From a candidate division WOR-3 bacterium (GTDB lineage: Bacteria > Hydrothermota > UBA3072 > B12-G15): 10,496 nt of DNA. Every line of letters starts with the position of its first letter. The stretch's first letter is position 1. The translations under genes and the position numbers were made by a program. The notes under the pieces are model-generated. The model worked only from the letters and a program-made list of their open reading frames with translations. It was not told where the DNA came from and did not search any database. Positions 6,625 to 10,496 of this stretch are shown one piece after another. The DNA is taken from contig CBFGJG010000062.1 in assembly GCA_965649055.1 (NCBI GenBank), forward strand, positions 1 to 10,496. Direction: 5' to 3'.

Positions 6625-8650
6625 TGATATAGATTTTGGTGATGTCCTTTATGGTAAGACATTATATTCAGAGATTCCAAAAGGAGAGATTTTATCTATA
6701 GAAATTCCAGAGCTTCCTGATGGATATTTTATTGTCGATTATAAAGATGTTCCTTTAAACAGGGTGAAGGTGATAAATGATGAACAACCAGTATTTGCAG
6801 AAAGGTATGTGAATTATGTGGGTGAACCAATACTTCTTGTTGTTGGAAAAGATAAGGGGATTTTAAGCGAAATAATAAGAAAAATAAAGATTGATTACAG
6901 GATTGAAGAACCTGTTTTAACAATTGATGATGCGATAAGTAGAAATAATGTTATTGTGAGTTATCAGTATGAGAAAGGGAATGTTGAAGAAACAATGAAA
7001 AACGCAAATGAGATAATTGAAGGAACATATGAAACAGGTTATCAGGAACATCTTTATCTTGAAACACAAGGGATGGTTGGTGTTTATAAAGATGGAAAAA
7101 TCTCTGTTTATGGTTCAATGCAATGCCCTTACTATGTTAAGAATGCATTGATACACGCATTGAAAATGGATGAAGATAAGATAAGGGTTGTTCAGGTTTC
7201 AACTGGTGGTGGATTTGGTGGTAAGGAAGATTACCCATCTATACTTGGAATTCAGGTTGCAGTTGCAGCAATGAAATGTTCAAAACCTGTTAAGATTGTT
7301 TACGATAGAAAAGAAGATTTTATAATGACAACGAAAAGGCATCCTTCAAGGATTATATATAAGACAGCTCTTGATGATGATTTAAAACCTGTTGGTATGG
7401 ATGTTTTGATTTATCTTGATGGTGGTGCATATACAACTTTATCACCTGTTGTTCTTCAAAGGGCAATGTTTTCAGCAGAAGGTGTTTACAATATCCCAAA
7501 CCTGAGGGTGAAAGGCATTGTCTTAAGAACAAACAAAGTTCCATCAGGTGCAATGAGGGGATTTGGAGCACCACAGAACTTTTTTGCTGTTGAGACACAT
7601 ATTGATGATATAATAAGAAGGTTTAATCTTAATCCATATTATTATAGAAAGAAAATATTAATAAAAGAGAATGATAGAACACCAACGAATGGGATATATA
7701 GAGGTGAAATAAAGATAAGGGAGATGCTTGATAAGATAGTGAAGGAATCAGATTTTCTTGAAAAATACAAAAGATTTAAAAAGATGAAGAATAAAGGAAT
7801 TGGTATTTCCTGTTTCTTCCATGGTTGCGGATTCACTGGTTCAGGTGAGATACTATTAAGAAGCACTGTTAAGGTGAGAAAAAAAGGAGATAATATTATA
7901 ATTTATATGAGCAATGTTGATATGGGGCAGAAATCTACTGAAGGTATTAAGAAGATAGCAGCAATGACACTTGGTATACCATTAGAAAATATAATAATTG
8001 AAAAACCTGATACAGATATAGTTCCTGATTCAGGACCAACCGTTGCATCAAGGACAACACAGATTGTAGGGAAACTTGTTAAGGATGCATGTGAGGAGAT
8101 AAAAAAGAATAAAGATAAAAAAGAGATAACTGTTTTGAAAACATTCAAATTTCCAGAAGTTCTTTTATGGGATGGTGAAAAATTTTCAGGTGATTCCTAT
8201 GGAGAATATTCATTCGGGATAAATATTGCAGAGGTTGAATTTGATGATATAACAAAAGAGGTGAAGATTTTAAAGATATATGGTATTTATGATGTTGGGA
8301 CACCAATTGATAAAGAATTTGTGAGGCAACAACTTGAAGGTGGGATTGTCCAAGGTCTTGGTTATTCAATATTTGAATCACTTGATGTTGATAAGAATGG
8401 AAATTTTAACAAATTCACATTAACAGATTATGCAGTCCCAACATCAATGGATATTCCTGAAATAAAAATATGGATTTATAAAACAAAAGGTCTATTTGGA
8501 CCTTTTGGAGCAAAATGCTGTGGAGAACTTCCATTTGTTGGTGTTGCACCTGCTGTATGTTCTGCTGTTAGAATGGCTCTTCGCAAAAATATTTCAAGGA
8601 TACCGATAACCCCGGAATATATTCAGAGGATTTTAAAATATGAAGATTAA
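6599..8650 (+). CDS. Xanthine dehydrogenase family molybdopterin-binding (large) subunit
   Basis: YIDD, QEHLYLETQG, GGGFGGKE, AMRGFGAPQ, VDMGQ, DSGPTVASR, EGGIVQGLG and KCCGELP (catalytic Glu at 8525-8527). Start is ATG 6599 or TTG 6581, with an in-frame TAG at 6575-6577 limiting any upstream extension. Confidence 0.93.
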   Translation: MKDTKRYIDDIDFGDVLYGKTLYSEIPKGEILSIEIPELPDGYFIVDYKDVPLNRVKVINDEQPVFAERYVNYVGEPILLVVGKDKGILSEIIRKIKIDYRIEEPVLTIDDAISRNNVIVSYQYEKGNVEETMKNANEIIEGTYETGYQEHLYLETQGMVGVYKDGKISVYGSMQCPYYVKNALIHALKMDEDKIRVVQVSTGGGFGGKEDYPSILGIQVAVAAMKCSKPVKIVYDRKEDFIMTTKRHPSRIIYKTALDDDLKPVGMDVLIYLDGGAYTTLSPVVLQRAMFSAEGVYNIPNLRVKGIVLRTNKVPSGAMRGFGAPQNFFAVETHIDDIIRRFNLNPYYYRKKILIKENDRTPTNGIYRGEIKIREMLDKIVKESDFLEKYKRFKKMKNKGIGISCFFHGCGFTGSGEILLRSTVKVRKKGDNIIIYMSNVDMGQKSTEGIKKIAAMTLGIPLENIIIEKPDTDIVPDSGPTVASRTTQIVGKLVKDACEEIKKNKDKKEITVLKTFKFPEVLLWDGEKFSGDSYGEYSFGINIAEVEFDDITKEVKILKIYGIYDVGTPIDKEFVRQQLEGGIVQGLGYSIFESLDVDKNGNFNKFTLTDYAVPTSMDIPEIKIWIYKTKGLFGPFGAKCCGELPFVGVAPAVCSAVRMALRKNISRIPITPEYIQRILKYED

Positions 8651-9080
8651 ATTTTATTTGAATGGAAAAAGAAAAATAATAGATGTAAATCCTTTAAGGA
8701 GACTGGTTGATGTTTTAAGGGAAGATTTAAATATAAAAAGTGTTAAGGAAGGATGTGGTGAAGGTGAATGTGGAAGTTGTATGGTTATTGTTGATGGTAA
8801 GATTATGAATTCCTGTCTTATTCCTGCGGGTTCTTTATATAATAAGAGAATTTTAACGATTGAAGGAATAAAGAATGATAAAGTTTTTATGAAAATCAGG
8901 AAGAAGATAGAGGATGAATTCCAATGTGGATTCTGTGAGAATGGAATGCTTATATCTTTGTATTGGTTATATAAAAATAAGAAGAATCCAGAGAAGAAGG
9001 ATATAAAAGAAGCAATATCAGGAAATATATGTAGATGCACTGGCTATCAGGGGATAATAAAAGGATTAAAGGATGGATGA
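8640..9080 (+). CDS. Xanthine dehydrogenase family (2Fe-2S)-binding small subunit
   Basis: Two cluster motifs: GCGEGECGSC...NSC and QCGFC...CRCTGY. GAGGA RBS at 8626-8630. Overlaps the large subunit by 11 nt. Confidence 0.93.
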   Translation: MKIKFYLNGKRKIIDVNPLRRLVDVLREDLNIKSVKEGCGEGECGSCMVIVDGKIMNSCLIPAGSLYNKRILTIEGIKNDKVFMKIRKKIEDEFQCGFCENGMLISLYWLYKNKKNPEKKDIKEAISGNICRCTGYQGIIKGLKDG

Positions 9081-9927
9081 AATTGTAATTCCTGTTGATT
9101 TAAAAGATGCTCTTAATATTTTGAAGGATAGGAACCTTATTCCATTTGCAGGTGGGACTGATTTGATGGTAAAATACAGGTTTGATAAACCTGAAAAGCC
9201 TTTTATATTCATAGGTGATTTAAAAGAATTAAGATATATAAAGAAAGAAGGTTCAGTTGTAAGAATTGGTGCATCTATAAGATATAACGAATTACTTGAA
9301 TCTAAGATTATTCCAGTTGTATTCAAAGATATAATAAAAAATATAGGTTCACCATCAATAAGGAATATGGGAACTATTGGTGGGAATATATGCAATGCCT
9401 CACCTGCTGCTGATACATTACCATTTCTATACGCAATGGATGCAGAGGTTGTAGTTTCATCTTTTGAGAATGAAAAGATTATTTCCATTTTTGATTTTAT
9501 AAAAGGTCCCAAGGAAACAATCTTAATGAAAAATGAATTATTAAAAGAGGTAAGATTTAAGTTGGAAAAATTTAACAAATATTATTATAGAAAGATTGGA
9601 TTAAGAAATGCAAATTCTTTATCAAAGGTCTCATTCTTTGGATGTGCGAAGATTATTGAAGGTAAGATTGAAGATATAAGGATAGCATTTGGTGCAGTTT
9701 CTCCTATAGTTGTGCGTGATAGAAAAATTGAAGAAATGTTTATTGGGAATGACAGAAAAGTATTGGATAAAATTAAAAAAGATATAATAGAAAGATATTC
9801 TGAAATTATAAGACCAATAGATGATCAGAGGTCGACAAAAGAATACAGGAAAGAAATAGCATTAAGATTACTTGAAGATTTTATTCTTATGTTATTCAAA
9901 AAATCAGAGAAAAAATGCGTAAATTGA
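9073..9927 (+). CDS. Xanthine dehydrogenase family FAD-binding (medium) subunit
   Basis: AGGTDL, IRNMGTIGGNICNASPAAD, RIAFGAV and PIDDQRSTKEYR motifs. Overlaps the Fe-S subunit by 8 nt. Confidence 0.93.
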   Translation: MDEIVIPVDLKDALNILKDRNLIPFAGGTDLMVKYRFDKPEKPFIFIGDLKELRYIKKEGSVVRIGASIRYNELLESKIIPVVFKDIIKNIGSPSIRNMGTIGGNICNASPAADTLPFLYAMDAEVVVSSFENEKIISIFDFIKGPKETILMKNELLKEVRFKLEKFNKYYYRKIGLRNANSLSKVSFFGCAKIIEGKIEDIRIAFGAVSPIVVRDRKIEEMFIGNDRKVLDKIKKDIIERYSEIIRPIDDQRSTKEYRKEIALRLLEDFILMLFKKSEKKCVN

Positions 9928-10347
9928 ATGAGGTTATTTTTGTAATAAGTTCTATTATTTTTAATTTATCCGTGAGCGTTGTTTATGTATCTTCAAAGGA
10001 TGATTTGACAAATATTTTTTTAAAAATTTCAGGCTTGATCGTTGTTTCTTTAATAATTCCATTTATTATATCACTTGTTGGTTTTATTAAAGGCAGGGCA
10101 AAAATAAAGATAATAATCTCAAATATTATTGTAATTTTCTATCTATTACTGGAAAATATTATTAGATTATATCTTACGAATACCTTTCAGGCAAATTTTA
10201 TCTATTCATTTACCATATATAATTATCTTTTATGCTGCTACTTTCAGTATGATAGGTGCAAGTTTCACAATAAACAGGAAAATCGGATTTATTGTATTGG
10301 GAACATTTTTTGTTTTAATGGGATGTTTAATTTATAATCTTAGTTAG
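9915..10347 (+). pseudogene. Small integral membrane protein of unknown function, interrupted by a +1 frameshift near 10153-10156 (pseudogene or sequencing error)
   Basis: Codons 9915-10154 give about three hydrophobic helices ending FYLLLE. Dropping one A from the A4 run continues as ILLDYILRIPFRQILSIHLPYIIIFYAATFSMIGASFTINRKIGFIVLGTFFVLMGCLIYNLS* (TAG 10345-10347), giving 143 aa. The uncorrected ORF is 9915-10337. Confidence 0.7.
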
Positions 10348-10385
10348 TATAAATTAGTCAAAAAATTATAATTTATCTGTTATTT

Positions 10386-10434
10386 CTATAATATATGTCA
10401 TATGTTTTTACTATAAAATATGTCACATTGTTTT
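10386..10434. repeat. Imperfect tandem direct repeat, 25-bp period, two copies
   Basis: CTATAATATATGTCATA-TGTTTT (from 10386) and CTATAAAATATGTCACATTGTTTT (from 10411). Confidence 0.7.
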
Positions 10435-10496
10435 CTAAACATAAGTTCTTTCCTTCAATATTTCTTCTATTCTTCTTTCTTTCCTTATCATTTCAT
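10435..10496 (-). CDS. 3' end of a convergent gene running in from beyond the window (product unknown)
   Basis: Minus strand reads ...EMIRKERRIEEILKERTYV* with TAG at 10437-10435. The purine-rich strand switches to minus here and the K/E/R-rich tail resembles other C termini in the window. Confidence 0.55.
   Translation of the reverse strand, partial: EMIRKERRIEEILKERTYV

Noticed and set aside
1064..9578. Minus-strand ORFs in the track (1064-1273, 1502-1903, 3900-4106, 4087-4308, 4442-4780, 4482-4811, 6729-6923, 7353-7598, 7642-7866, 7903-8148, 8145-8381, 8654-9040, 9066-9578)
   Set aside because: All lie antisense to well-supported genes, are mostly F/S/I/L-rich as expected for shadows of K/E-rich coding strands, and show no recognisable motifs.
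6599..9927. Aerobic CO dehydrogenase (coxLSM) or a selenocysteine-containing enzyme
   Set aside because: No AYxCSFR active-site loop and no in-frame TGA within any subunit. A labile, non-Sec selenium ligand cannot be judged from sequence.
10386..10434. Tandem repeat as a CRISPR remnant or IS end
   Set aside because: Only two abutting copies with no spacer, and no cas or transposase gene or terminal inverted repeat in the window.

Overview
AT-rich bacterial DNA with Lys/Glu-rich proteins, suggesting an anaerobe and possibly a thermophile (inference only). It holds two + strand transcription units. (1) A 1230-aa signal-transduction protein with two class III nucleotide cyclase domains in a soluble-adenylyl-cyclase-like arrangement, a STAND P-loop NTPase and C-terminal TPR-like repeats, apparently expressed from a leaderless mRNA. 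(2) A fully overlapped 7-gene operon (3945-10347): YgeW-like knotted carbamoyltransferase, threonine-synthase-like PLP enzyme, MocA-like Moco cytidylyltransferase, three xanthine dehydrogenase-family subunits (Mo, 2Fe-2S, FAD) and a small membrane protein gene split by a +1 frameshift. The 3' end of a probable convergent gene closes the window. The operon looks like a variant anaerobic purine/urate catabolic module in which a ThrC-fold enzyme lacking the usual substrate-phosphate residues may replace diaminopropionate ammonia-lyase (YgeX/DpaL). That gene also appears to start at a non-canonical ATA codon. No mobile element, CRISPR array, tRNA or rRNA was seen. All motif comparisons were made by eye from recalled family consensus, not by database search.
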